Assembly (NCBI GenBank): GCA_043826455.1
Contig: JBDRQD010000002.1
Location: 26,181-90,180 of the forward strand
Reading direction: 5' to 3'
Origin: Candidatus Bathyarchaeota archaeon
Lineage (GTDB): Archaea; Thermoproteota; Bathyarchaeia; TCS64
Length of the DNA stretch: 64,000 bases
Below are positions 48,544 to 57,053 of this stretch, piece by piece. The notes beneath the pieces were generated by a model, which made no database searches, had not been told where the DNA came from, and worked only from the letters and a program-made list of their open reading frames with translations. Position 1 is the stretch's first letter. Each line of letters begins with the position of its first letter. Position numbers and translations under genes: made by a program.

Positions 48544-49836
48544 ATGCACTCCGAGAACCTCATTATTCTTGTATGCGTTACTCTGCTCATCAGCTACCTG
48601 AGCTCCCTCATCTACTCGAAAACTAGGGTGCCTGATATACTGCTTCTCATGGGGTTTGGGTTGCTGGTGGGCCCCGTCTTCCAGCTATTCGACAAGGAGT
48701 TGTTCCTCGAACTGGCCCCAATGATGAGCATCCTGGCCCTGAGTATCATACTTTTTGAGGCGGGTATCAACGTGGACATCACCATGTTGCTGGATTATCT
48801 GGGAAAGTCCCTGCTGTTGTCGTCGTTCTCTCTAATTTCAGTCATCATCGTCATGGGTTTGATACTTAACAGTCTGCTTCCCCAGGATTTCACCTTGCTG
48901 CAGGCCATGCTCCTGGGCGCCATGGTGGGTGGTACCAGCACCGTGTCCACCTTCGGCATCCTCTCAGGCCTCCAGAAATCTGTGAAGGACATAGGGACTA
49001 CTAGGGTTCTACTTACCATGGAGTCAATCGTCTCGGACCCTCTCTGTATCATAGCTTCCATAACGATCATCAAGATGATTATGCTCCCGAACGTGTCCCT
49101 GATGGACGGCGTCAGAGACATTTTCGGCACCTTCACTCTCTCGTCGGCCTTCGGCCTCGCCGTTGGCCTGGTTTGGGCCAGGGTGCTGAACAGGCTCCGG
49201 AACCAGCCCTTCACTTACATGATCACCCTGGCCGTCCTGCTGCCAACCTACATAATGAGTGAGCACTGGGTAGGGGAGGGGGGAGGAGCCATGACGGCGC
49301 TAGCCTTCGGGCTGGCTATAACTAACTACCGGTTCATCATGGAGAGATTGGGCTCAGACTCCAAGGTGATGGTGGATAAGCAGAGGCTACGGGAGTTTCA
49401 CGAGGAGATCACCTTCTTCATCAAGAGCTTCTTCTTCGTGTACATCGGCCTAGTAGTGTCGCTAAGCCTGAAGTACAGCTTCATAGGTTTCGGGCTTACC
49501 CTGATGCTGATGATCATAAGGTACGGTGTGGTTCATCTCCTGAGCAAACCCATGGCTTTCACAAACACGGAGAAGGTGCTATCTCAGTTCGTTTACACCT
49601 CCGGTCTCCCCGCTTTCGTCATGTCTCAGCTGCCCATGATCTATGACCCTGCGGGTAGATACTTCGTCAACAGCTCTATCTACCCCGACCTCTGTATGCC
49701 CATAGTACTAGGTACCGTCATATACGGGGCCTTAGTGGCGCCGGCGGCCATGAAACAGAGCGTCGATGAGATACGAAAGAAGGCTAAGGAACTGCTGGCT
49801 GAGGAGGAAGTTGCTTCTCCCGCCAATACACAGTAA
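48544..49836 (+). CDS. CPA1 cation:proton antiporter (NhaP-like)
   Basis: IILFEAG, ESIVSDP, FFFVYIG; about 12-13 TM. Confidence 0.9.
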   Translation: MHSENLIILVCVTLLISYLSSLIYSKTRVPDILLLMGFGLLVGPVFQLFDKELFLELAPMMSILALSIILFEAGINVDITMLLDYLGKSLLLSSFSLISVIIVMGLILNSLLPQDFTLLQAMLLGAMVGGTSTVSTFGILSGLQKSVKDIGTTRVLLTMESIVSDPLCIIASITIIKMIMLPNVSLMDGVRDIFGTFTLSSAFGLAVGLVWARVLNRLRNQPFTYMITLAVLLPTYIMSEHWVGEGGGAMTALAFGLAITNYRFIMERLGSDSKVMVDKQRLREFHEEITFFIKSFFFVYIGLVVSLSLKYSFIGFGLTLMLMIIRYGVVHLLSKPMAFTNTEKVLSQFVYTSGLPAFVMSQLPMIYDPAGRYFVNSSIYPDLCMPIVLGTVIYGALVAPAAMKQSVDEIRKKAKELLAEEEVASPANTQ

Positions 49837-49868
49837 ATTTCAATATTTTGTAGAGTAATCCAAGTGCA

Positions 49869-50413
49869 ATGACTTTGCGGCTGCTGTTTCTCCGCCACTT
49901 CGATACAAGCATCCACCCATATAGGCCGGCATCCCAGTGGATCCTAAGCGACGTGGGTTTGAACCGGTCTAAAGCCCTCGTTGAGAGCTGGAGGACACCC
50001 CTGAACGGAGTCTGGTCGAGCCCAGAGCCAAAAGCTTCCACGACTGCGGAGGCCCTTAGCGTGAGGCTTGGGGTGCATCTGTCCATCGACCCAAGGCTTA
50101 GAGAAGTGGATAGAGGCGGCTCAGGCTTAAATAAGGACTATGCCGTGGCCCTGGAGCTGTACCTGGGGAGGCTCCCGACGCTCCGCAGTGGGAACCTGTA
50201 GGCAGCGTCAGAGAGAGGACCAGAACATTCCTGGAATCACTAAAAAGGGCCAGCGGAAACCACCTCGTGGTTACTCACGGCCTCTACATGGCCATAACCC
50301 TCTCAGACTAATTCGATATGGATCGGTTCACTTTCTGGCAGAGCCTAGGCTTTGGGCAACTCATTGAGGCTGATTATACTGATCTGCTCGACTCCTTGAA
50401 GGTTTCAGGCTGA
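49869..50413 (+). pseudogene. Histidine phosphatase family pseudogene
   Basis: FLRH, SSP..KA..TA, LRE in one frame; frame change near 50168 continues WEPVGSVRER..LVVTHG, with internal TAA at 50309-50311 and final TGA at 50413. Confidence 0.8.
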
Positions 50414-50428
50414 AGTCGGCCCAGTGAC

Positions 50429-51688
50429 TCAACGAGCCAGCGTGCCCAGCACATCGAACTGCATCTCCCGGGGCTCGCCCAGCAGCTTGACCCTCTCTGA
50501 CAGCTCAGGGCTACTCTGAACCTCCTGGGCGAGGCTCTCACTGACCCAGATATACTCCAGCTCCTGGGTGTTCCTTACCCGGACCACCCGCGCCTTCACG
50601 GGGTCCACGGGACCGCATATCCTGATGGCTGTGGCTATGGCGTCCCTATCGCTGGGCAGGAAGGGAGGAATCTTTCCCGTCTCCCCGCTGCCCTGTGTAA
50701 GGCAGTTCACGTAGGTCTGGTTGTGATCGATCTTGTTGGCGGCCCGGGTGGTGGTGATGTCCGCCAGCCCTATACCTATGGCGTTGCCGTGGGTCTCCTC
50801 GGAGAGGTCCTGGACGACGATCTTGCCCACTTTAGTGGCCTGGGGGTCGTGCTCCCCGGGCATCCAGAACCGGCCCGTCACGTTGGTGTCCATGCCGACG
50901 CCGCTGATGTTCTTACCTATCTCCTCTACGATGAGCACATCGATCTCCTTGAAGGGTATCCGGGGAAGCATCTCCTTCGCCGTCTCCAGGAGTCTCTTCT
51001 CCTCCTTCATGAACTCCTCCGGGTCCAGGGCCTTCACAAGGGCCGTCTCGTGGTAGGCGTTCTCAAGGACAGCCAGGCCCATCACCACATTAGTCTTCTC
51101 GATGATGAGCCTCCCCGCCTCGGGCATGATCCTGTGGTACCCGTCGTACTTGTGCCAGTGGATCATCTCGGCCCCCTTCTGCTTCCCCAGGCCTATGGCC
51201 AGCATCTTCAGGAGGCCGCTCTCTATCTCCCCTTTGAAGTCTGTGTGGGGCTTCACCCTGCCCACCACGAAGATGCCGTCCGCCTGCAGCGTGTACCGGT
51301 CCAGGTAGACGGTGACGCCTCCATCCAGCTCCCCCACGGGGTCCACCTCCATGCTGGACAGAATGGGCGCCCCCACCCTCTCCTCGGTGATCCCCAGGCT
51401 CCTGAGGGCCTCCACCTGGCCCTCGGGGGTGGCTCCGCCGTGGCTCCCCATGGCCGGCACAAGGAAGGGTTCACCTCCAGCCTTCCTGATCTCTTCTACG
51501 ACGGCGGCCAGTATGTCGGCGATGTTGGCTATGCCTCTGCTGCCCGCGGTGACGGCTATCCTGTTGCCCTTCCTGATCTTCCTGTTCAGGCCCTTCCTCT
51601 TCAGCTCCTCACGTATCGCCGCCTTAACGTCGGGTACCTTGGGGTGGTTGAATACCTGCCTGGCCTGCACCATCCTTGGGAAACTCAT
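50429..51688 (-). CDS. LarA-like (DUF2088) racemase/epimerase family protein
   Basis: TAGSRGI, PAMGSHGGAT, RVKPHT, ESGLLKM..IGLGK, GKNISG.GMD. Confidence 0.8.
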   Translation of the reverse strand: MSFPRMVQARQVFNHPKVPDVKAAIREELKRKGLNRKIRKGNRIAVTAGSRGIANIADILAAVVEEIRKAGGEPFLVPAMGSHGGATPEGQVEALRSLGITEERVGAPILSSMEVDPVGELDGGVTVYLDRYTLQADGIFVVGRVKPHTDFKGEIESGLLKMLAIGLGKQKGAEMIHWHKYDGYHRIMPEAGRLIIEKTNVVMGLAVLENAYHETALVKALDPEEFMKEEKRLLETAKEMLPRIPFKEIDVLIVEEIGKNISGVGMDTNVTGRFWMPGEHDPQATKVGKIVVQDLSEETHGNAIGIGLADITTTRAANKIDHNQTYVNCLTQGSGETGKIPPFLPSDRDAIATAIRICGPVDPVKARVVRVRNTQELEYIWVSESLAQEVQSSPELSERVKLLGEPREMQFDVLGTLAR

Positions 51689-51698
51689 GGGTCGCTCA

Positions 51699-52757
51699 TC
51701 ACCTCATACGTTTATGGGGTTTGAAGTTTTTCCGTGCGCGGGCCATCTGGATGGCCACCTGTATGGCTTCCTTGAGGCTCTGGGGGTTGGCTGTGCCGTC
51801 CCTTCTCCCGGCCTTGCCATAAGCGGTGCCGTGGTCAACGCTGGTCCTGATGAAGGGGAGGCCGATGGTCATGTTGACGCCCCCCATGTCGCCCCAAGCC
51901 CCCGCCGCCTCGTCCCACCTGAACCCGGCCAGCTTCACGGGTATGTGGCCCTGGTCGTGGTACATGGCCACCACCACGTCGTAGAGGCCGCCCAGGGCCT
52001 TCCCGAAAACAGTGTCTGGTGGGACGGGCCCATCCACGTTGAGGCCTCTCATCTTTATCTCCGCTATCGCGGGCTCGATCTTTGTCCTCTCCTCGTCGCC
52101 GAAGAGGCCGCCGTCGCTGCTGTGGGGGTTCAGCCCGGCCACGGCGATCCTGGGGGCCTCTATGCCCAACTTCCGGGCCGCGTCGTAGGCAACCTCAATG
52201 GTGGCAATGATCCTCTCCTTGGTCACCCTCTCGGGCACCAGCCTCAGGGGTATGTGGGTGGTGACGTGGACCACCCTCAGGTTACCGCATATGAGCATCA
52301 TGGCGTAGTTCTCGGTGCCCGCCTTCTCGGCAAGGAGCTCCGTGTGACCCGGGTAGCTGTAGCCTCCCATGTGCATGGCTTCCTTGTTAAGAGGCGCCGT
52401 CACCATGGCGTCCACCTCCCCCGCCAGGGCCATGTCCGTGGCCCTGAGCACGTACTCCACGGACGCCTTGCCGGCCATGGCCTGGGGTACACCCATGACC
52501 AGCCTATCCGGGTCGATGTTCTCCAAGTCCAGCAGGTCGATGGCTCCGTGAGTGTAGCGGCCTTCACCAAGCTCCTTGATGGCGTTGATGGATAGCTTGG
52601 CCCGGGCCACATCCAGGCCCATCCGCATGGCTGAGCCGTCCCCGACCACCACTGGCCTGCACGTCTCATAGATCTCTGAATCGCTCAGCGCCTTGGCTAT
52701 GATCTCGGGGCCGATGCCGGCCGGGTCCCCCATGGTTATCGCTATCAGCGGCCTCAT
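51699..52757 (-). CDS. pdxA: PdxA family dehydrogenase (PdxA2, 4-phosphothreonate type by context)
   Basis: TMGDPAGIGPE, GHTE, GLNPH, MYHDQGHIP.K, RTSVDHGTA. Confidence 0.92.
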   Translation of the reverse strand: MRPLIAITMGDPAGIGPEIIAKALSDSEIYETCRPVVVGDGSAMRMGLDVARAKLSINAIKELGEGRYTHGAIDLLDLENIDPDRLVMGVPQAMAGKASVEYVLRATDMALAGEVDAMVTAPLNKEAMHMGGYSYPGHTELLAEKAGTENYAMMLICGNLRVVHVTTHIPLRLVPERVTKERIIATIEVAYDAARKLGIEAPRIAVAGLNPHSSDGGLFGDEERTKIEPAIAEIKMRGLNVDGPVPPDTVFGKALGGLYDVVVAMYHDQGHIPVKLAGFRWDEAAGAWGDMGGVNMTIGLPFIRTSVDHGTAYGKAGRRDGTANPQSLKEAIQVAIQMARARKNFKPHKRMR

Positions 52758-53977
52758 GCACTCACCCTCTTCAGGTACTTCGCCGCCTCTATGAGGGCGT
52801 CACCTGAGCCGAAGCCCCCGGCCTTGGTCACCGCCCTCACCCCGTTGGAGAGAGCTAGGACGGGTACTCCGGGCTGGACTTCTCCTGTGATCTCCATGCT
52901 CTCGACTCCCAGTCCTCTGCACACGGCCAGGGCCGTGGCGCCTCCTGTGAGAACAATCCCTGATACTTGGTGTCTCTTCAGCAGTTTTACTGTAATCTCC
53001 GATAATGCGTCCACCACCATCCTCTCGACCTCAGCCTCCTTCAAGCCCAGGCGCAGGCCCAGCCTCCTCGTCTCATCCACCTGGCTCGAGTCTGGGGCCG
53101 ACACCAGCGCAACGTGCATCCCGGAGGATAAAGCACTGTCAGCCCTCCTCAGAGCCTCCTCCGCGGCTTCTCCTCCCCTCAACAAGCTGATGGTGTCCAA
53201 GTTCACCTGCGAGACCCCGAGGCGATCTACGAGGCTCACCACCTGCGCCCTGGATGATGAGCGGACGCTTCCACACACCGTGACTGTGGGCTCAGGGGCT
53301 CTGAGGCCCAGGCCCTCGGGTAGCTCCGAGGCCAGGCCGGCTGAGCCGCAGAAGACCTTCACGGGGAGCCCGGCGGCGGCCAGGAGGTCCCTCTCGGCCT
53401 CGGCGTCCAGGACCACCACGCTGACGCCCTCGTCTATCAGAGCCTGAAACTCTCCGCGGAGAGCATCACGGCTTCTAACGGTCGGGAGAGCTATGTGCGC
53501 CGCCTTTCTGCCTGTCTGGGCGCCTATGATCTCGGGTACATAGGAGCTGCGGACAGCCACCTCGGACGCGTACTCCGTCTCGTTGAGGGGGACGCCGTTC
53601 ACATAGACGCTGCCACCAAGGGTCACCCTCCCGTTAGGCGGGTACGCAGGAGCCACCACAGCCACCGTGTTGCCTGTGGCCTCCATGACGGCGTCCAGCT
53701 CGGCCCCCACGTTGCCCCTCAACGTGGAGTCCACCTTCTTGTAGAACACGTCGCACAGGCCGGCCAGGGCCTCCGAGGCCTCCACCACCTTCCGGCGAGC
53801 CTCCTCCGGCCCGTCGCCCCGGGAGTCGGTGTTAACAACTATGACGTCCGCGGACCCCTGAAGGCTCCCCAGCCTATCCGGGGCCGGCGCCACCTCCACA
53901 CTGAGCCCCCACGCCTTGAACTGGACCCCCGTGTCCAGGGCGCCAGTAAGGTCGTCGGCCACCACGGCGATCCTCAA
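52754..53977 (-). CDS. Four-carbon acid sugar kinase (DUF1537, DtnK/DenK-like)
   Basis: ADDLTGA.D, KKVDSTLRGN, GSAGLA, TGG.TA, TKAGGFG. Confidence 0.93.
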   Translation of the reverse strand: MRIAVVADDLTGALDTGVQFKAWGLSVEVAPAPDRLGSLQGSADVIVVNTDSRGDGPEEARRKVVEASEALAGLCDVFYKKVDSTLRGNVGAELDAVMEATGNTVAVVAPAYPPNGRVTLGGSVYVNGVPLNETEYASEVAVRSSYVPEIIGAQTGRKAAHIALPTVRSRDALRGEFQALIDEGVSVVVLDAEAERDLLAAAGLPVKVFCGSAGLASELPEGLGLRAPEPTVTVCGSVRSSSRAQVVSLVDRLGVSQVNLDTISLLRGGEAAEEALRRADSALSSGMHVALVSAPDSSQVDETRRLGLRLGLKEAEVERMVVDALSEITVKLLKRHQVSGIVLTGGATALAVCRGLGVESMEITGEVQPGVPVLALSNGVRAVTKAGGFGSGDALIEAAKYLKRVSA

Positions 53978-54307
53978 ACCGTCTCAGGATTCTACACGAC
54001 ACCCCCCCGTTTAACAGCTTTCATCAGCCGACGATGAAGGAGCAGCGCACATACGCGTGATGACGGTCACTCAGACCCACCATCTGGAAACTCTAACACT
54101 ATATCAAACACATGCGAAGCCCACCCAAAACTAAAGAACATTATAAAATAGCTAAATGCAACCCGAAAAAATATCACATTCTTCCACGCAGCTGCCATCA
54201 CCCCCCATATTCGCTAAATTCCCAGCCACTAGGTACAACCCTGGAACCCCAAAAAAGGGAAAAACAAGCCGCCTGCAAAGACGGCCCCATGAACAGCTAA
54301 CCCCCCA

Positions 54308-54565
54308 CTACTTCTTACTGCTAAGGTAAGCGGCTATTGGGAGTATCACACACATGAAGAACGCCGAGGATACCGTAGTCCCGGCCTCGACGCCCCACGT
54401 GGGTATAACCACAAACTCGTTGACGGCGACCGCCAACACGGCCAGGGCGATGACCACGGGCGCAGCCCTATGCATCCCCAATCCGCCTCTCCTCACATGC
54501 GCGACGTAGGCGGCGCCCATCAACGCCACCGCGACACCGATTGCCCCTATTATCCAGACACTCAC
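54308..54565 (-). CDS. Small three-TM membrane protein
   Basis: Hydrophobic; GTG overlaps stop of the Xre gene. Confidence 0.65.
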   Translation of the reverse strand: MSVWIIGAIGVAVALMGAAYVAHVRRGGLGMHRAAPVVIALAVLAVAVNEFVVIPTWGVEAGTTVSSAFFMCVILPIAAYLSSKK

Positions 54566-54774
54566 TCTTTCTCACCTCCCTCGTCGTCCCACAGAAAAAG
54601 CTCGTCGATGGTGGCGCCCAGAGCCACGGCCACGTCGTGAGCCAGCTTCAGAGACGGGTTGTACTTGCCCGCCTCCAGGTAGACTATGGTCTCCCGCCTT
54701 ACCTTAACCCTCTTGGCCAGGTCCGCCTGAGTCATGTCGTGGCGGGCCCTCAGCTCCTTTATCCTGTTTCTCAT
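54562..54774 (-). CDS. Xre family HTH regulator
   Basis: [31 protein letters not shown]; start trimmed to ATG 54774. Confidence 0.92.
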   Translation of the reverse strand: MRNRIKELRARHDMTQADLAKRVKVRRETIVYLEAGKYNPSLKLAHDVAVALGATIDELFLWDDEGGEKE

Positions 54775-54784
54775 GAGGCCACCC

Positions 54785-55120
54785 CTAAGTGGCTTCCTTG
54801 CGGTTGAAGTATGTGTAAAGGACGATGTAGCCAACGCTCATGAGGATGACCGCCGAGTTGATGACGGGCATAGAGCCCATCTCCTCCAGTCCCTGGAACT
54901 CTATGCGGTACATGTTGTAGAAGTTGAGGAGTATAAGGTACCATGTCCCCAGGTTGAAGGCAACCATCGCGGCCTTGCCCTGTATCCTTACGGTTCTCTC
55001 GTCCTGGAGAGGGAACCCGCTCCTCCTCTCCTTGATGGTTCTCCACAGCGAGTACGCCCCTATCGTCACTATTAGGAGCGCTACAATGGGTATCGCCGTT
55101 ATCCAGATGGTTTCAGCCAT
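54785..55120 (-). CDS. DUF2178-like membrane protein
   Basis: TM-DERT..I..KA-TM-TM pattern; adjacent to Xre gene. Confidence 0.75.
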   Translation of the reverse strand: MAETIWITAIPIVALLIVTIGAYSLWRTIKERRSGFPLQDERTVRIQGKAAMVAFNLGTWYLILLNFYNMYRIEFQGLEEMGSMPVINSAVILMSVGYIVLYTYFNRKEAT

Positions 55121-55135
55121 TCCACTTCTCTCCTA

Positions 55136-55195
55136 TGTTATCAATATCCCACATTTTGTGGTGTATTTCTAACATTGTGTTAGATTAACATAACA
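55136..55195. promoter_or_regulatory. Three 18-bp TGTTA-N8-TAACA-type operators at 21-bp period
   Basis: 55136 TGTTA-N8-CCACA, 55157 TGTGG-N8-TAACA, 55178 TGTTA-N8-TAACA; minus-strand TTAAATA at 55201-55207. Confidence 0.7.
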
Positions 55196-55265
55196 TGATC
55201 TATTTAAGGATATTGGAAAAACGACAAGCGCCCTCAAACAGAGATGGGTCACAGAAGGCTAGGCT

Positions 55266-55382
55266 CTACTCTCCGGGAGGCGCCGCGACCTCACTGTGCT
55301 CCTTCTTGATGGTCACCTTGCCGCGTTTCAGCTTCCTCTTCTTAAATGAAGGGAAGAGGCCCTCATCCTTCTTATCAGACAA
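55266..55382 (-). CDS. Candidate Pup/UBact-like small protein modifier, 38 aa, C-terminal Gly-Glu
   Basis: Manual translation MSDKKDEGLFPSFKKRKLKRGKVTIKKEHSEVAAPPGE*; TTG start, GGGAGGT 6 nt upstream, 2 bp after the ligase-family gene. Confidence 0.72.
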   Translation of the reverse strand: MSDKKDEGLFPSFKKRKLKRGKVTIKKEHSEVAAPPGE

Positions 55383-55384
55383 TT

Positions 55385-56962
55385 CTAGACCTCCCTGTCA
55401 CGCCTCTCGTGGTCGTCCACAGGCTTGAACACTAGGTGGCCCCCAGTCCTGTTAAGCTTGTCTAGTGCGGCCGTGAACTCCATGAAGGTCCCAGCCGCTT
55501 CCTCAAGAGCGTCTCCACACATCTGCTTGTTGAAGATGAAAGGCTCGTCCAGGCGTATGGTGGCATTGTGGAAGTTTATCCTCTCCCACTCCACGGAGCT
55601 CAACATGCCGGGAAACTCCCTGGCCACCAGGCACCTGATGTACTCCCTGGTGCCCTCGGGGCCGCTCATCGTGGCGCGGGTCACCTTCTCGGGAAGGCTG
55701 TCCCAGTCCTCCCACGGGGCAGCGTCCCTGGCGAAGGCCAGCGAGTCATCGAGGCTGAAGGTCGTCTGGGTGTCCTCGGGGGCCTCGCCCAGGTACTGGA
55801 GGACTTCCCCGTCGAGGAGGGTGTACTGGTTGCAGATGCCTACGCCCTCCTCAAGGGCTCCAGAGTACTCCTCGATGAGGGCCTTCTTAGTAACCCAGTC
55901 GATGCCGTCGATGAAGTACTCCAGCCGGCGCTCCCCCAGGCCGTCTACCGTGGCCTGGATGAGGTTGAAGGCAGCCCTGTCAGCCTCATTGGGTGCTTCT
56001 TCGTCCATCATCTCCTCGATCCCGGCCAAGTAGAAGCCCTCAAGGATGTCGGCCAGGGCGTCACCGTGTCCGCCGCCCTCCAGGCGGACCTTCCAGTTGC
56101 ACTCCTCTGTGTCCACGGTCAGCTCCTTCATGGCGGCCACAGGGTCCGCCAGCCTCGGGGGGCTACCGTAGTAGCCTTTCTCGTAGGCCGTCATCACAAG
56201 GGTCTCCAGGCAGTCCCTGAGGTATACCTGGTAGGGGCTCCTGAGGCCCTCCCAGTTGATGTCGTGAAGCCTCCAATACTTCTCAGGGTCGGCGTGGGGG
56301 TCATCCCTCTGGTTGAGGATGCCCCTGGCGTCCACCGTGTCGTTGGACGACAGCCGCTTCACGAAGGCAGCCCTGGGGCTGATGACATAGCGTAGGCCTT
56401 CTCCCTTCATCACTTTCCCCGGTCGCGGAAGTGAACCGTCGCCTTTGCAAGGAACGTAGTCGCCGCCGCCGGTGAGAGGTATGCGGGCTACCATGAAGGG
56501 CGCCAGGGCTTTCTCAAGCCTGTCCCAGACCTGGGGGTTGCAGACCCTGCGGCTCATGAGTATGCTGGAGTGGGTCGAGTAGGAGACCGCCCTCCACTCC
56601 CCGTCTGCTCTGATGTTAGAGACGTTGTTCTTGTAGGCGTTCACGCCCCGGAAGTAGCTCTGGAGGCCCCTGGCCGCGTAGAAGCCGAAGAGCTCGGCCA
56701 CCTTGTCGTAGACCACGGCCTCCATAGGTGTGTTGTAGCTGGGGGAGGACAGCTCCAGGTGGCTCATGTCGTCGTAGACCCTGAAGCTGTTGTAGGCCAG
56801 GTAGTCCAGGCGGGGCTCCTCCACCCTTATGGAGGTCACGTACCCGGCCCGTCTCAGCTCCTCTATGGCCATCCCCACCAGGTGCACCAGGGAGCCGTGG
56901 GGGAGCTGGGGCCTGGTGTTCATGGCCAGCTCGTGTTCTACTCCCCGAATCTTGCTCTCCAT
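55385..56962 (-). CDS. Pup ligase/deamidase (PafA/Dop) family protein, paralogue 2
   Basis: GVEHE, VYDDMSHLELSSP, DKVAE, YKNNV, RGILNQRDDPHAD..Y.RLH, IDWVTKK; start trimmed to ATG 56962. Confidence 0.85.
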   Translation of the reverse strand: MESKIRGVEHELAMNTRPQLPHGSLVHLVGMAIEELRRAGYVTSIRVEEPRLDYLAYNSFRVYDDMSHLELSSPSYNTPMEAVVYDKVAELFGFYAARGLQSYFRGVNAYKNNVSNIRADGEWRAVSYSTHSSILMSRRVCNPQVWDRLEKALAPFMVARIPLTGGGDYVPCKGDGSLPRPGKVMKGEGLRYVISPRAAFVKRLSSNDTVDARGILNQRDDPHADPEKYWRLHDINWEGLRSPYQVYLRDCLETLVMTAYEKGYYGSPPRLADPVAAMKELTVDTEECNWKVRLEGGGHGDALADILEGFYLAGIEEMMDEEAPNEADRAAFNLIQATVDGLGERRLEYFIDGIDWVTKKALIEEYSGALEEGVGICNQYTLLDGEVLQYLGEAPEDTQTTFSLDDSLAFARDAAPWEDWDSLPEKVTRATMSGPEGTREYIRCLVAREFPGMLSSVEWERINFHNATIRLDEPFIFNKQMCGDALEEAAGTFMEFTAALDKLNRTGGHLVFKPVDDHERRDREV

Positions 56963-57053
56963 CAACCTCGTGTCCTCGAAACTGGGCGAATGGCTTCCAT
57001 GGGGTGATACAGTCTTTAACACTTACTACTGGCGAAATCATGCTTCAAGCCGG

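Noticed and set aside
50723..52595. 333-aa and 427-aa plus-strand ORFs
   Set aside because: Antisense to the LarA-like and pdxA genes, which carry clear motifs.
55195..55428. 77-aa plus-strand ORF
   Set aside because: Antisense to the GE-ending peptide, which has the SD and operon context.
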